A stretch of 64,000 nucleotides of DNA from Raja brachyura. Taxonomy: Eukaryota. This document shows positions 62,053 through 64,000 of the stretch, in pieces (positions within the stretch are counted from its first letter, which is position 1; the number at the start of each line of letters is the position of its first letter). The stretch is from NCBI GenBank assembly GCA_963514005.1, contig OY740807.1, positions 11,222,001-11,286,000 of the forward strand. Reading direction: 5' to 3'. The translations under genes were made by a program, and so were the position numbers. The notes below the pieces were generated by a model that saw only the letters and a list, made by a program, of their open reading frames with translations, was not told the origin of the DNA and searched no databases.

Positions 62053-62669
62053 CAGTAATGTGTAAAACGCATCAAATGGCAGTTCATCTTCATGGAAACT
62101 ACCTGGTGAACTTGCACTAACTCAACTTTGATAAGAATGAATTTGCAGGGTGCTCACTACAAAACACCTTGAACAAACCGAAAGGTTTGGGCCCTCCGGT
62201 AGGCAACTAATTTAAATAAAATTATTAAAATATATAATATCCCATCAAAATTAATTAGGATGCAGTATGAATTTTTAATCCCACGTGGAATGTTGCCAAT
62301 GCTATGATGTATGAAGAAAAATGTTTTTTACTGTCTTCAAACAATGCTGTCAATTTTAGTATGTACTCTGATTGTAATGTGCAAAAGCAGGGTTTCCAGG
62401 TTATGTTGGTATCCACTTTACTTTCCATCCTTTAAATCAAAGGCTGCTCCTCGGCTCTCCAAATGCACTTGATGAATCAAAACATTTTTTTCACAATTCT
62501 GTCAGATCCTATAATGTGCCAATTCTTAAGTGCATCCATATCCCAAATGACTCTCTTGGGCTAAGCCCATTAATTTGGGGCCTTGTTGTTTAATTCAGAG
62601 CTTGGCTTTCTATACCAGATCTGTTAAATCAATGTCCTTTACGGTGTTTGAAATGTTGCCTGCTTTGTG

Positions 62670-63630
62670 TTCTGTCCTACATGGTAAGCTGCTCTGGAAG
62701 GTTAGATTGCTTGGCATCCAGGGAGAGCTCGTGAATTGGATACATAATTTGCTTGATAGGAAGAATAAAGGGTGATGGTGAAAGGTTGTTCTTCAGACCA
62801 GAGGTCTGTGAAAGTGTGTCTCGTGAGCTTATCATTTGTCATCTATATCATTCGACTTGGATGATAACATAAAAGGCATGGTTAATAAGACACTAAAATA
62901 GATAGCTTTCATCGCTGTCTATGATGCCATCAAGTATTACAGCAGCTTCTTGAGCTGAGTAACTGGGCCTTGGAATGGCAAATGGAGTTTAATTCAAAGT
63001 GAGAAGTATTGCATTTTGAGAAGTCAAACTAGGGTAGGACTGATCAGTAGGGCCCTGGGTGGTGCTGTAGAATGGAGTGACCTAGAAACATGTGTACATA
63101 GATCCCTGAAAGTGGCATCACAGATAGACTGGGTGGTGAAGAAGGCATTTGGCACGCTGACCTTCATCAATCGAGGCACTGAGTGTAGTTGTTGGGATGT
63201 TATGTTGCAGTTTGAGTGAAATGGTGGTAAGGTCGCATTAGGAGTATTGTGTTTTGTTTTGGTGACCCTGTTATAGGAGCAATGCCGTTACAAGGCTGTA
63301 AAGCAGGCAGAAAGCATTTGATGTTGTACCGACCTGAGGGCTAAATTATTGGGAGAGGTTGGGCAGCCAAATATTTTATTCCTTGGAGCATATGAGACCA
63401 ATGGGTGACTATGGAGAGGTGTATAATATCATGAAGAGTATAATTATAGTAAATGCACATGGTCTTTTTTGTGGGGTTGGGTAATTAAGAACAAAAAGCA
63501 TGGGTTGAAGTGATGGAGGAAACGTTTAATAGGAACCTGAGGGACAATGCTTTCACACAGAAGGTGTTGCGTATATGGAATGGGCTGCCAGAGCAAGTGT
63601 TGAGGCAGGTATAATAACATTTAAGAAATT
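62670..63630 (+). mobile_element. Old degraded CR1 LINE
   Basis: Remnants HGKLLWKVRLLGIQGELVNWIHN and VHRSLKVASQIDWVVKKAFGTLTFINRG. Confidence 0.75.
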
Positions 63631-63640
63631 TGGGCAGAAA

Positions 63641-64000
63641 CAGTGCATTCAGAAAGTATTCAGACCCCTTCACCTTTTCCACATTTTGTCACGTTACAGC
63701 CTTATTCTAAAATTGATTAAATTCATTTTTTTAATCATCAATCTACACACAATACCCATATTAAAAAAGTGAAAGCAGGTGGTTAGACATTTTTGCAAAT
63801 TAATTTAAAAGAAATAACTGAAATATCACATTCACATAAGTATTCAGACTCTTACTCAGTACTTTGTTGAGGCAACTTTGGCAGCGATTTCATCCACAAG
63901 TCTTCTTGGGTATGACGCTACAAGCTTGGCACACATGTATTTGGGTAAGAATCTCCCATTCTTCTCTGCAGATTCTCTCAAACTGTGTCAGGTTGGGTGG
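63641..64000 (-). mobile_element. 3' end of a second Tc1 family (Passport-like), running off the window
   Basis: TIR CAGTGCATTCAGAAAGTATTCAGAC with inner repeat AAGTATTCAGAC. The minus strand encodes CAKLVASYPRRL...IAAKVASTKY*. Confidence 0.8.

Noticed and set aside
57303-64000. Search for the final RPA1 coding exon (DESRIK...)
   Set aside because: No matching peptide was found after any candidate acceptor, so it presumably lies downstream of the window.

Overview
Eukaryotic genomic DNA, probably a cartilaginous fish such as a skate or ray (inferred from the repeat families, not proven). The window lies inside the RPA1 gene on the + strand. Twelve coding exons, matching human exons 5-16, are found with consistent splice phases, and one intron has a non-canonical GC donor; exons 1-4 and 17 lie outside the window. 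The introns are dense with transposable elements: three copies of one IR/DR Tc1 family, a second Tc1 end, Tigger/MER47-like elements, a decayed Gypsy element, a solo LTR, CR1 and Rex1-type LINE fragments, V-SINEs, a Penelope-like RT fragment and many short hammerhead-core insertions with 10-16 bp target duplications. The main finding is a TIR-bounded element in intron 13 carrying what looks like TDP2 exon 1 (Kozak ATG, UBA-like peptide, GTAAGT donor) in sense orientation and in frame with RPA1 exon 14. Other notable items are inverted young CR1 copies around exons 14-16 and a 55-nt segment shared between two CR1 tails about 42 kb apart. Comparisons to known proteins and repeat consensus sequences are from memory, with no database searches run.
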